Positions 19,290-28,835 of a DNA stretch of 64,000 bases are shown piece by piece. How positions within the stretch are numbered: position 1 is the stretch's first letter; every line of letters starts with the position of its first letter. Under the pieces are notes generated by a model. The model saw only the letters and a list, made by a program, of their open reading frames with translations, was not told the DNA's origin and searched no databases. A program made the position numbers and the translations under genes. The DNA is from Ktedonobacterales bacterium (GTDB lineage: Bacteria; Chloroflexota; Ktedonobacteria; Ktedonobacterales; DATBGS01): contig JBJKSJ010000038.1 in the NCBI GenBank assembly GCA_046704085.1, positions 1,116 to 65,115 on the forward strand. The letters are read 5' to 3'.

Positions 19290-19500
19290 GTCTCGCGCGA
19301 GCGGGGGCATGCCCCTTCTCGTGCGCTTGACCGTCTCTTGAATGAAGGGGGAGTATGGGCAGCAGTCTTGTCCCGTACTTCCCCTTTTCGTCAAAACCAC
19401 CCGATTGAGACAAGGTAGCAGGCGATGTGGGCTGCGCGTCATGTCTCACAGGCAACGAGGCAAGTCCCTCCAGCGCCCCAACATAGTACGGAGAATGGGC

Positions 19501-20385
19501 ATGTCCGAGAATCCTTCTACTTCACCGGATGAGTCAGCGCGTCCCGTGGAGTCGGACGCGGCGACGTTGGTTCGGTCCGCTGCTCCGGCCTTGCAACTGC
19601 GGGGTATCTCCAAGGCGTTTGGCGCGGTCCAGGCGCTCCAGGATGTTGATTTCGAGGTATCCTACGGTGAGGTCGTCGGTCTGGTTGGCGATAATGGCGC
19701 TGGAAAATCAACCCTCATTAAGATCATCGCAGGCACCTACGCCGCCGATAAAGGCGAAATCTTCGTTGACGGCGCAAAAGTGTCGATCAGCACCCCCCAG
19801 GATGCCAACAAAGTTGGCATCGAAACCGTCTATCAAGACCTCGCGCTCTGCGATAACATGGATGTGGTCGATAACCTCTTTCTTGGGCGAGAAGAACGCC
19901 AGACCATCATCCCATTTCTGGTCCGACCATTGCGCGATCAAGATATGGAGCAGCGCACCCGCGAAGTTCTCAAGCAGCTTGATGTAAAGTTGCCATCGCT
20001 GCGCGTTCCCGTTGAGACGCTTTCTGGCGGGCAGCGGCAATCCATCGCTGTGGCGAAGACGATCCTGCGCCATGCCAAAGTGGTGCTGCTCGATGAGCCA
20101 ACAGCGGCGCTAGGTGTTGCCCAGACCAAGCAGGTGCTTGAACTGATCCGTCGGCTGCGTTCGCAGGGTCTGGCAGTCGTCGTTATCTCTCACAACCTGG
20201 CAGACGTATTCGAGGTGGTTGATCGGGTCATCGTGATGCGGCTGGGACGGCGCATAGCAACCTTCGACATTCGCTCAACGACACAAGAGCAGGTGGTTGC
20301 AGCCATCACTGGCGCAGAGTTTGGCAAATTATTGGACCAAAATGAGAACGGAACCAGCGCTACAGTGGCGGAGGTAGAGCAATGA
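19501..20385 (+). CDS. xylG: Sugar ABC transporter ATP-binding protein (single nucleotide-binding domain)
   Basis: ORF 19342..20385 trimmed to ATG 19501 (GGAGA about 6 nt upstream). Walker A GDNGAGKST, signature LSGGQRQ, Walker B VVLLDEPT. Confidence 0.8.
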   Translation: MSENPSTSPDESARPVESDAATLVRSAAPALQLRGISKAFGAVQALQDVDFEVSYGEVVGLVGDNGAGKSTLIKIIAGTYAADKGEIFVDGAKVSISTPQDANKVGIETVYQDLALCDNMDVVDNLFLGREERQTIIPFLVRPLRDQDMEQRTREVLKQLDVKLPSLRVPVETLSGGQRQSIAVAKTILRHAKVVLLDEPTAALGVAQTKQVLELIRRLRSQGLAVVVISHNLADVFEVVDRVIVMRLGRRIATFDIRSTTQEQVVAAITGAEFGKLLDQNENGTSATVAEVEQ

Positions 20386-21623
20386 GCAGCAAAATTGCAC
20401 AGGAAAGCACACCACCAGCAACCCAGCAAGCCGGCGCCCCGCCACCCTCCATTCAGGCCACCATCAGTAAATATCTACGTGGCAACCTGGGGCCACTGCC
20501 GGTCGTCTTGACCCTGATTATTATTGGCGCGTTTTTCCAGATCGCCAGCCAGATCAAATACCAGGAAGGTCTCTTCCTCTCGGCGCGCAATCTCAACAAC
20601 CTTGTGCTGCAAATCGCCGTGCTTGGCACGCTCGGTCTGGGTTCAACGCTGGTTCTGCTGATTGGCGAGATCGATCTCTCCCTGGGAGTCGTCTCCTATC
20701 TAACCGGCGCTGTCACCGTGATCTTCTCCGTCTATCATGGCTGGGCAACGATCCCGGCGCTCCTGATCGGCCTGGTGGTGGGCGCGGCCATTGGGCTGGG
20801 CAATGGCTTCTTTGTGGCGATCTTGCGCGTCCCATCATTTATCGTCACGCTCGCCGGTCTGCTGGTCTATCAGGGCGTCGTCATCCACATCTTATACCCC
20901 CAGACCAGCGTCAACGTCTCAGACCCCAACATCAATAACCTGGCAACAAATTACCTGCCAGATTTTCTGGGTATCGGATTACCGCTGATTGCCGTCATCC
21001 TCTATGCTGTGGGCACCTTATACGCCCGCATCCAGCGACAACGACGGGGTCTAGCAGTGGGGCCTGCCTGGACAACCTGGCTGCGCATTGGCGTGGCGCT
21101 CGCGCTGGTCATTGGCGCCATTACTCTGTTCGAGTCTTATCAGGGCGTGCCGCAGTCAGCGACGATCCTGGTGGGTTTGATCCTCCTCTTCTGGCTGATT
21201 TTGCGCTTCACCGCTTTTGGCCGCCACGTCTATGCAGTTGGTGGCAATGCCGAAGCGGCGCGGCGCGCTGGTATTAACGTCACTCGCACGCGTATCTTCA
21301 TCTTCATGCTGGCCTCGACATTGGGAGCCGTTGGCGGCATTCTGGCAATCTCGCGGAGCGGTGTTGCCACAGCCCAGGTTGACCCAACCATCTTGCTGAA
21401 TGCCATTGCTATCGCCGTCATCGGCGGCGTCAGCCTGTTTGGTGGGCGTGGGTCCGTCTGGGGCATCGTGCTTGGCGCGCTGGTGATCGGCAGCATCGCC
21501 AATGGCATGTCCTTGCTCAACCAGAATCCAGATGTAGTGTACATAGTCGAGGGAATCGTATTGGTTATCGCTGTCACTGCTGACGCGCTGGTGCGCCGAC
21601 GCCGATCTACAGGCTCACGCTAA
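20382..21623 (+). CDS. xylH: Sugar ABC transporter permease (XylH/RbsC type)
   Basis: Its ATG overlaps the stop of the ATPase gene (ATGA). About 10 TM helices, plus the conserved segment GGNAEAARRAGINV. Confidence 0.8.
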   Translation: MSSKIAQESTPPATQQAGAPPPSIQATISKYLRGNLGPLPVVLTLIIIGAFFQIASQIKYQEGLFLSARNLNNLVLQIAVLGTLGLGSTLVLLIGEIDLSLGVVSYLTGAVTVIFSVYHGWATIPALLIGLVVGAAIGLGNGFFVAILRVPSFIVTLAGLLVYQGVVIHILYPQTSVNVSDPNINNLATNYLPDFLGIGLPLIAVILYAVGTLYARIQRQRRGLAVGPAWTTWLRIGVALALVIGAITLFESYQGVPQSATILVGLILLFWLILRFTAFGRHVYAVGGNAEAARRAGINVTRTRIFIFMLASTLGAVGGILAISRSGVATAQVDPTILLNAIAIAVIGGVSLFGGRGSVWGIVLGALVIGSIANGMSLLNQNPDVVYIVEGIVLVIAVTADALVRRRRSTGSR

Positions 21624-21812
21624 GGCAGGGATGCGCAACGCATAGGCACATTTTCGTTCGCAGGGCGAACACCCAGAGAGCCTTTCAGCTATCATCACGG
21701 CAGAACCAGGCTCCCCTCGTCTATTCGTTTGCTCTTCGAGCGCCTCCATGAGCCAGGATAGCTGGTAGTGTTACGAAGTCCATCCAGCACAGCACTACAT
21801 CGGGGGAGGAGC

Positions 21813-23075
21813 ATGGCTCGTCTACTGAGTATTCCTGCCGTCCCAGGAAGTCTGCGCCAGATGAATCGCCTCACTATCCTGCAATTACTGCGCGCGGAAG
21901 GACCAATCTCGAAATCTGATCTTGCTAAACGTAGCGCGATCAGCCGACCAACCGTTTCCAAAGTCGTGGACGACCTGCATGCTGACGGACTTGCAGAGAA
22001 CTTCGGCACGGCTACCCCCTCTTCTGTCGGCGGCAAACCCGCCACGCTCTATCGTTTTAACAGCGGCGCCGTGCGTGTCGGGGCTGTCCTCTTGACCATT
22101 GATGGGGTCTTTGCCGCCATCTGCGACGGCGAGGCGCGTATCCTCTGCAAAAGGGAACAACACTTTCACCTTGACCGTTCCCCTGCAACGGTCACAGCCA
22201 TCGTCACCAGCCTTCTTTCCAGGCTGCTCTACGAACTCTCCCTCGCTTCGGATGACCTGCTGGGTATCGGGGTTGGCATTCCAGGGCTGACCGATAGCGC
22301 CAATGGCATCGTCTGTTTTGCGCCACATCTTCCCGGTTGGCACGATGTCCCCCTCCAGCAATGGCTCGCCGATGCCTTTGACGTGCCAGTCTGGCTCGAC
22401 AACGATTGCCATATACAGGCGCTGGCCGAGCGTTATCGCGGGCAGGGCGCCGATTGTGATGCCTTGATGTGCGTCGAAACAGGCGTCGGGCTGGCCGCCG
22501 CGTTCCTCTTCAATGGGCAGCTCTATCGCGGTCCAGGCAACACTGCCGGCGAAGTGGGCCATATGACCATCCAGGAGGATGGCCCGCCTTGCGAATGCGG
22601 CAATCGCGGATGCTGGGAATCGCTGGCCTCGACCACCTGGCTGGCGCAGAAAGCGACGCAGGCGCTGCAACAGGGACGGCAGAGTACCATTCCCTTGCTG
22701 GACGAAGCCGAGGCCCAGGCGGCGGCGGTCTATGCCGCCGCGCTGGCGGGCGATCCGCTGGCGCTCGAACTGGTCAGCGCCCAGGGGTATCATTTTGGCG
22801 TAGGTATTGCCAATTTAGTCAATGCGTTCAACCCGCAGCGCATCATCTTGCATGGAGAAACTATTGCTGGAGGCTTGCCCTTTTTACAGGCCGTCCTCCA
22901 GACTGTACAGGAGCGCGCGCTGCTGCGCCCGCGTCAGATGGTCGAGATCGTCTTCTCCAATCTGGGCGATGATGTCGGGCTGATCGGCGGCGCCAGTCTG
23001 GTCATTGATACACTCTTCAGCATGCCTGCAATGCCGGAACTCTCAGCAAGCACGCGCCTGTTGAGACGCTCGTGA
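21813..23075 (+). CDS. ROK-family transcriptional regulator (XylR-like)
   Basis: ORF 21768..23075 trimmed to ATG 21813 (GGGGGAGGAG Shine-Dalgarno). N-terminal winged HTH NRLTILQLLRAEGPISKSDLAKRSAISRPTVSKVV, plus a ROK sugar-kinase-like domain with CECGNRGCWE. Confidence 0.8.
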   Translation: MARLLSIPAVPGSLRQMNRLTILQLLRAEGPISKSDLAKRSAISRPTVSKVVDDLHADGLAENFGTATPSSVGGKPATLYRFNSGAVRVGAVLLTIDGVFAAICDGEARILCKREQHFHLDRSPATVTAIVTSLLSRLLYELSLASDDLLGIGVGIPGLTDSANGIVCFAPHLPGWHDVPLQQWLADAFDVPVWLDNDCHIQALAERYRGQGADCDALMCVETGVGLAAAFLFNGQLYRGPGNTAGEVGHMTIQEDGPPCECGNRGCWESLASTTWLAQKATQALQQGRQSTIPLLDEAEAQAAAVYAAALAGDPLALELVSAQGYHFGVGIANLVNAFNPQRIILHGETIAGGLPFLQAVLQTVQERALLRPRQMVEIVFSNLGDDVGLIGGASLVIDTLFSMPAMPELSASTRLLRRS

Positions 23076-23088
23076 AAGGAAGCTCCCC

Positions 23089-24153
23089 TTGGCAGAGACA
23101 CAGCGAGTCAAAAACAGCGTCGGCATCTGGGCCTTTGGCCCCAACGCCACGCGCTTTGTACCCGGCGGCTACCACCCCGAAGTCGTCAATGAAGATATGG
23201 TCACGCGCACGCGCCGGGTGGTCAATGGGCTGGCTGATCTGGTTGATGGGCTGGAATATCACTATCCCGGCGAGATCAACGAGGACACGCTAGATGCCAT
23301 CCGCGCAGCGCTCGGCCCGATAGATATTTACTGCCTGGCCGCCGGGCTGCATCCCGATCCCTATTATGCCCAGGGCACGTTTGTCAACCCAGATGCCAAA
23401 AAACGCCGCCAGGGCATCGACACTCTCAAGCGCGGCGTTGATCTGGCCGCCGCCATTGGCGCGCACTTCATCATCTGGCCTGGCGCGGAAGGCTATAACT
23501 ATAACTTCCACCGCGACTACGCCCAGACCTGGGACTGGTTCATCGCTGGCGTGGGCGAAGTGGTGGCGCACGCGGCCAGCAAGGGTGTGACCGTCTTCCT
23601 GGAACATAAAAACTCCGAGCCAGCCATGAACATCCTCATGCGCAACATCGGCATGTGCCTCTACACCATTGACCGCGTTCGGCGGCTGGGCGTCGATGTC
23701 TCGCGGCTCCAGGTCAACATGGACTGGCAGCACCTCATTATGAACGGTGAGAACCTGCCCGAATACGCTGCGCTGCTAGCATCCGAGGGCCGCCTGGGCC
23801 ACCAGCACGCCAACTCCGGCTGGGGCACGTTCGACGACGACAACATGACTGGCGCGTCCTTCTTCCTGCAAACGCTTGATCTGGCGCTGGTTCTTCAAGA
23901 CGTTGGCTATGGGAAGAACGGCGAGCGCGTCGGCTTCGATCTCTACCCCTATACTGAGGATCAGGTCGCTGCCGTGCGGCGCAGCGTCTTGCAGTGGGAG
24001 TTTATTGACGACCTGGCCGGCAAGGTAGACCGCAGCGCGCTGGCCGCCGCCAAAAGCCGCTCCGATGCAGTGGATGCCTATCGCATCATCTTCGAAACGC
24101 TGGGCCTGGATGCTGCCTACACGGCGCGCATCATCGAACGCCATAAACACTAA
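23089..24153 (+). CDS. Xylose-isomerase-like TIM-barrel sugar isomerase (divergent)
   Basis: TTG start. Collinear with class I xylose isomerase by eye: VGIWAFGP vs FGLWTVG; IIWPGAEG vs VVWPGREG; FLEHKNSEP vs ALEPKPNEP; NMDWQHL vs NPEFAHE; FDDDNM vs FDQDLR. Several metal-ligand positions differ (see finding). Confidence 0.6.
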   Translation: MAETQRVKNSVGIWAFGPNATRFVPGGYHPEVVNEDMVTRTRRVVNGLADLVDGLEYHYPGEINEDTLDAIRAALGPIDIYCLAAGLHPDPYYAQGTFVNPDAKKRRQGIDTLKRGVDLAAAIGAHFIIWPGAEGYNYNFHRDYAQTWDWFIAGVGEVVAHAASKGVTVFLEHKNSEPAMNILMRNIGMCLYTIDRVRRLGVDVSRLQVNMDWQHLIMNGENLPEYAALLASEGRLGHQHANSGWGTFDDDNMTGASFFLQTLDLALVLQDVGYGKNGERVGFDLYPYTEDQVAAVRRSVLQWEFIDDLAGKVDRSALAAAKSRSDAVDAYRIIFETLGLDAAYTARIIERHKH

Positions 24154-24173
24154 CCGTGTAAGGAGGCGCCTGC

Positions 24174-25736
24174 ATGGAAACCTTGCTTGGCCTGGATATT
24201 GGCACCACTGGCGCGAAGGCCGCGCTCTTCGCGGCTGACGATGGCCGCACGCTCGCCAGCGCCTTTGTGGACTATCCCCTGCATCATCCGGCGCTGGGCT
24301 GGGCCGAGCAAGACCCTGAAGACTGGTGGCGTGCCACCTGCTTCGCCATCCAGACCTGCCTGAACCACGCAAAGATACTGGGCATTGCGCCGGAGGACGT
24401 GCGCGCGCTGGGCCTGTCCGGGCAGATGCACGGTCTGGTCCTGCTGGATGCACACGATCAAGTGCTGCGCCCCTGCATCATCTGGGCTGACCAGCGCAGC
24501 GCCGCCGAATGCGACTGGATCACCCGGACCGTTGGCGCTGAGCGATTGATCGACCTGACCAGCAATCCCGCGCTCACTGGCTTCACCGCGCCCAAGGCCA
24601 TCTGGGTGCGCAATCACGAGCCAGACACCTTTGCGCGCGCCGCTCATCTGCTCTTGCCGAAAGATTATATTCGCTATCGCCTGACGGGCCTGATGGCGAT
24701 GGAGATCACCGACTCGGCGGGCACGCTCTTTCTAGATGTCCGCCAGGGCGCGTGGTCGGCGGAACTGCTCCAGGCCATCGGCCTGAATCCAGCCTTGCTG
24801 CCACCTGTGCGTCGCTCCAACGATGTCTGCGGCGAGATTACCCCAGCAGTCGCCGCGCTCACCGGCCTGCGCGCCGGGACGCCGGTTGCGGGCGGCGGCG
24901 CTGATAACGCTTGCGGCGCGGTGGGCAGCGGCGTCGTCAGGCCGGGGCTGGTGCTGCTCTCCCTGGGCACCAGCGGCGTCGTGCTGGCCCACGCCGCTGA
25001 GCCGCGCGTTGACCGCAGCGGCCCGATCCCCCGCGCGCATACGTTCAATCACTCTGTTCCCAATACGTGGTATCTTATGGCTGTGACGCAGGCAGCGGGC
25101 CTCTCGTTGCGCTGGGTGCGCGATCACCTGGGGCTGCCAGAAATGGCGCTGGAACACTGGGGCGGCGCCGACGCTTATGATCTGCTAGCAAACGAGGCGG
25201 CGGGCGCGCCTGCCGGGTCGGAGGGTCTCCTCTTCCTGCCCTATCTTCAGGGCGAGCGCGCCCCACATCTGGACCCTCTGGCGCGCGGCGGCTGGATTGG
25301 CCTGACTGCCCGCCATGATCGCCGTTCGGTGATTCGTGCCGTTCTGGAGGGTGTCGCCTATAGCCTGCGAGATTGCTTCGCCATCATCCGCGAGCAAGGC
25401 TTGCCCATCGAAGAGGTGCGCATTACCGGCGGCGGCGCGCGCAGCCCGCTCTGGCGGCAGATTCTGGCGGATGTGCTGGAAAGCGATCTGGTCACGACCC
25501 AGGCGCAGGAGGGGCCGTCATTTGGCGCGGCGCTGCTGGCAGGCGTGGCGGCTGGCCTCTATCCATCAGTTGAGGCGGCCTGCGACGCTGCCGTGCGCGT
25601 GGGCGCGCGGGCCACGCCCGATGCGGCCAACGCGCAAACCTATCGGCAGTACTATCCTATCTATCAAGAACTGTATCCGGCGCTCAAAGCCTCCTTCGCG
25701 CGGCTGGGCGCGATCAGCGGAGGCGTCAATGGCTGA
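24174..25736 (+). CDS. xylB: Xylulokinase (FGGY family)
   Basis: N-terminal LGLDIGTTGAKAALF, the FGGY motifs GQMHGLVLLD and ITGGGARSPLWRQILADV, and context within the xylose cluster. Confidence 0.8.
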   Translation: METLLGLDIGTTGAKAALFAADDGRTLASAFVDYPLHHPALGWAEQDPEDWWRATCFAIQTCLNHAKILGIAPEDVRALGLSGQMHGLVLLDAHDQVLRPCIIWADQRSAAECDWITRTVGAERLIDLTSNPALTGFTAPKAIWVRNHEPDTFARAAHLLLPKDYIRYRLTGLMAMEITDSAGTLFLDVRQGAWSAELLQAIGLNPALLPPVRRSNDVCGEITPAVAALTGLRAGTPVAGGGADNACGAVGSGVVRPGLVLLSLGTSGVVLAHAAEPRVDRSGPIPRAHTFNHSVPNTWYLMAVTQAAGLSLRWVRDHLGLPEMALEHWGGADAYDLLANEAAGAPAGSEGLLFLPYLQGERAPHLDPLARGGWIGLTARHDRRSVIRAVLEGVAYSLRDCFAIIREQGLPIEEVRITGGGARSPLWRQILADVLESDLVTTQAQEGPSFGAALLAGVAAGLYPSVEAACDAAVRVGARATPDAANAQTYRQYYPIYQELYPALKASFARLGAISGGVNG

Positions 25737-26526
25737 TTTTGAGCAAGACACCCGTATCATCGTAACTGAACAAGGCTTGCAAACAACGCTCTCTCCCGAT
25801 TGGCAGGTGACAGGACCACAGGGCGGCTATGTCGCCGCGATTGCGCTGCGCGCAATGGCCGGGCTGGTGCAACCCGGCTTCGTGCCAGTTGCCCTGACGG
25901 CGCAGTATCTGGTTGCCGCCAGCGCCGGACCCGCCGAAGTAAGCGCGACCTTGCTCCGACAGGGTCGCAGTGCCGCTTTCACCACCGCAACGGTCCGCCA
26001 GGGCGAGCGCATCGATCTCGGCGCAAGCGCCTCCTTCTTCCATCCGGTTGATGGACCAACACGCCTGGCGCTCACGCCGCCGACCATCCCCCCACTGGAG
26101 GCGTGTGTCCCGATGATGGCGCCCGCGCCGCCAGGCCAGCGTTTTTCATTCCACCAGAACCTGGACCTTCGCATGCCGGAATCCTTGATGGACCCGCAAA
26201 ACGACTCGGACGATTTTATCTTCTGGGCGCGCTATCGAGCGCAAACCTGGAGCGATGATTTTCTGGTGCAGGCCGCCTCGCTGATTCCCTTGCTGGATAT
26301 GGCCGTCTTTCCCGCCGCTTTTCGCGCCATCCCGGCGTTTCCCGGCGCCGTCAGCCTGGACCTCACTGTTCACTGGCACAACCATCCGCCATCCCAGGAG
26401 TGGATGATCTTGCGCGGGCGCTGCCAGCATGCCGCCGCTGGCATGCTCAACGGCTGGGCTGAAGCCTGGACACCAGAGGGCACGCTCCTGGCAACGGCGG
26501 CACAGCAGGCGGTGATACGGAGGTAA
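25729..26526 (+). CDS. Thioesterase-superfamily protein (TesB-like double hot-dog)
   Basis: ORF 25336..26526 trimmed to ATG 25729 (MADFEQD), which overlaps the xylB stop by 8 nt. The motif PQGGYVAAIALRAM is typical of acyl-CoA-thioesterase-like hot-dog proteins. The upstream part of the long ORF is an out-of-frame read through xylB. Confidence 0.55.
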   Translation: MADFEQDTRIIVTEQGLQTTLSPDWQVTGPQGGYVAAIALRAMAGLVQPGFVPVALTAQYLVAASAGPAEVSATLLRQGRSAAFTTATVRQGERIDLGASASFFHPVDGPTRLALTPPTIPPLEACVPMMAPAPPGQRFSFHQNLDLRMPESLMDPQNDSDDFIFWARYRAQTWSDDFLVQAASLIPLLDMAVFPAAFRAIPAFPGAVSLDLTVHWHNHPPSQEWMILRGRCQHAAAGMLNGWAEAWTPEGTLLATAAQQAVIRR

Positions 26527-26562
26527 AACAGGGGCAGGGAGAAATGCTCAGGCAGGCCCGAC

Positions 26563-26620
26563 AAGTGTAGGTGTAGGTGGTGTTGGTAGAAACCATTTTT
26601 CACCATCTACACCTACACTT
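26563..26620. terminator. Long hairpin between the convergent thioesterase and vWA genes
   Basis: AAGTGTAGGTGTAGGTGGTG (26563-26582) pairs with CACCATCTACACCTACACTT (26601-26620). The stem is 20 bp with one G-T position, and the loop is 18 nt. Confidence 0.55.
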
Positions 26621-26639
26621 GCTGATGTGTCCTTACCTC

Positions 26640-28400
26640 TCAATCGGTGAACTCGATGCGATAGTTCCCGGCGCGCTTGTTCATGCCATCTTTCAGTTCC
26701 GCAGGTGTCTTGTTCTTGCCTTTCGCGTGATAATAGGGCACGCGAATGCGCGACGCGCCTGCCTCCATGCGCTCCTTGCGGATATAGAGCCTCGCCCGCA
26801 CCTTTCTGCCTTTTTTGGTAATCTTGGCGGTTTCAGGAATCGGCTTGGCCGGGCCATCGAAGCGGAACTTCTTCCAGGGCGGATGCGCGCCGATCAGGAT
26901 GCCATCCTGCGTAATCCGCAGCCGCATGCGCGACCCGCGCACGTCTTGGCCGAGTTCTACCTCGGCTTTCTGGTCGGCGGCATTGCGCACAATGAGAATG
27001 CCCTCCAGCTTGCCGCCCATGTAACGGAAGTAGGCGTAGCGGAGTACGATCACAGCTATCACGATCAGGAACAAATCGACAAGCAGGCCAATCCAGTAGG
27101 ACCACTCGATCTCCACCGTGATAGGCACATTCAGCGACTGACTATTTTTCTCAATGTCACATGCCGTAATCTGAACCGTGTACGTTCCCGGCAAGACATA
27201 GCGCGCATTCCAGGAAAACTGATAGCTCGTTCCCCCGGTTGGAACAACTGGGATGGGCTTGTTATTAATCTTCACTGACACCGAATGGATCGGCAGGTTA
27301 TCCCCCAGCACATCCAGGGTCATATCAGTCATTCCTGCCACCTTCGCGCCAGCTTGCAGCGAAAAATGCAAGCTGAAGTTCGTGGGGTTCACTACAAAGA
27401 CACCTGGGCCATTCTTGTCGGTGTAGTCAATAGGGTCAGGCGGGTCTTTATATGACGTATTCTGATACGTCACCTGCACCTGAACATGGTGTGTGCCAAC
27501 AGAGAACGGGGTACTCGGTTGCACCGTCAGCCGATACAGATCGCGGAGTTGGGAAAGGATATTCTGGTAGGACGCTTTCAGCGTGCTTGTATCAGGATTG
27601 GCGAAAGAAGCGCCGCCCGTCGCGCGCGAAATCTCCTGGAGGGTACTCTGGTCCGCATCCGTGCCCAATCCAATCGTATAGACTGGTATATGCACAGCCT
27701 GCGCCAGAGCGAGTGCTTGAGCCAGGCTATGTGCCCTGCTGCCATCATCGTGCTGATCGGTTTGCAGCACAATCAGCTTGCGACCTGACAGGGGAGCCAT
27801 ATCCTCGGCAGCCTGATAGAGCGCGTCAAAGATGGGCGCTTGCGTCCCAGGAGCGCCAGCCTGCAAAGGATTGACAACGGCATCCAGTTTAGCATGATCG
27901 GTGGTAAAGTTCACCAGGCGATGGACACCGGCTGGACCCGTCCCGGCAATATCATAGAATGCCACCTGATCTTGCGGATTGAGGCTGTCGACAAAGCCTT
28001 TAGTAATGGCGTCCTTGGCAGCTGGCAGCTTGTCATCATAGCTCATCGTGAAACTGGTATCCAACAAGACCGCCGCCGTAATCGGCTCGCTGACATCCGT
28101 CACTTCCGTCAAATCCTGGAGCGTAGCCTGTTGAGTATCTACGGTCACAGATACCTGGCTATTTGTCAGCCCCGTTACCGGATGACCATCCGCATCAATG
28201 ACACTCATATAAGCGGTAAGTTGATTATAGCCATTGGGGATAAGCTGCTGAAGATGGACATTGAGCTGCCCGGTATCACGCGGCGCAAGTGGCGCCCGCG
28301 CAGAACTAGCGCTTGCCAGACCAGGCGCGCCGGAGAGCAGCGCCAACACCAGCATACAAAGGAGCAAGGCGGCACGTTTCGCCACCGCACTGAATCTCAT
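26640..28400 (-). CDS. Secreted vWA-domain protein with Ig-like repeats, a C-terminal TM anchor and a basic cytoplasmic tail
   Basis: ORF 26640..28412 trimmed to ATG 28400 (GGAGGGG Shine-Dalgarno). It has a signal peptide and the vWA MIDAS-like motif VLLDTSFTMS. TM helix WIGLLVDLFLIVIAVIVL is followed by a 150-aa Lys/Arg-rich tail. Confidence 0.65.
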   Translation of the reverse strand: MRFSAVAKRAALLLCMLVLALLSGAPGLASASSARAPLAPRDTGQLNVHLQQLIPNGYNQLTAYMSVIDADGHPVTGLTNSQVSVTVDTQQATLQDLTEVTDVSEPITAAVLLDTSFTMSYDDKLPAAKDAITKGFVDSLNPQDQVAFYDIAGTGPAGVHRLVNFTTDHAKLDAVVNPLQAGAPGTQAPIFDALYQAAEDMAPLSGRKLIVLQTDQHDDGSRAHSLAQALALAQAVHIPVYTIGLGTDADQSTLQEISRATGGASFANPDTSTLKASYQNILSQLRDLYRLTVQPSTPFSVGTHHVQVQVTYQNTSYKDPPDPIDYTDKNGPGVFVVNPTNFSLHFSLQAGAKVAGMTDMTLDVLGDNLPIHSVSVKINNKPIPVVPTGGTSYQFSWNARYVLPGTYTVQITACDIEKNSQSLNVPITVEIEWSYWIGLLVDLFLIVIAVIVLRYAYFRYMGGKLEGILIVRNAADQKAEVELGQDVRGSRMRLRITQDGILIGAHPPWKKFRFDGPAKPIPETAKITKKGRKVRARLYIRKERMEAGASRIRVPYYHAKGKNKTPAELKDGMNKRAGNYRIEFTD

Positions 28401-28554
28401 CTTCCCCTCCAATCTGCGACGCGATCACGACCCACTGCGCGCTCATCGGATGCCCTTCTTTCTGGGCGAAATTGGGACAAGCGCAGGCAGATTCAAGCGC
28501 CCACGCCAGCAAGCCAACGTAGACGGGCGACACATCGCGGCTGAATTCTGGCGT

Positions 28555-28583
28555 ATTATAACCGTTCAGCCTCTGCATGGCAA
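28555..28583 (-). promoter_or_regulatory. Candidate promoter of the vWA gene
   Basis: The minus strand reads TTGCCA (28583-28578), a 17-nt spacer, then TATAAT (28560-28555). It lies about 155 nt upstream of ATG 28400. Confidence 0.5.
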
Positions 28584-28835
28584 TAAGAAGAGGAGAATAT
28601 AGGCCAAACGGGCGATAGCCTACCGGCCTGGCAGCATGACGCCACCCGGCGCATCAAGCGTGTGCCACCGCCATCCCTGGCGGCGAATAACTCGCCAGCA
28701 CGCAGGCTGGCGCTACGCGCAAAATGCCCCGTAATTAACCCACGCGGAAATGAGCCGTCCCACTCCTCACAACGGCTGCTTTCGTCATGAACAGCGACCA
28801 GGCCATCCCTACCGCCTGCGCCGAGCGGAGGGGGC

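Noticed and set aside
25336-25728. The N-terminal 131 aa of track ORF 25336..26526.
   Set aside because: This part is an alternative-frame read through the 3' end of xylB and is Arg-rich nonsense. The thioesterase-like sequence begins at ATG 25729.
28306-28578. A 90-aa ORF upstream of, and overlapping, the vWA gene start.
   Set aside because: Its start codon coincides with the -35 element of the best promoter for the vWA gene, and it overlaps that gene out of frame. It has no Shine-Dalgarno and no family features.
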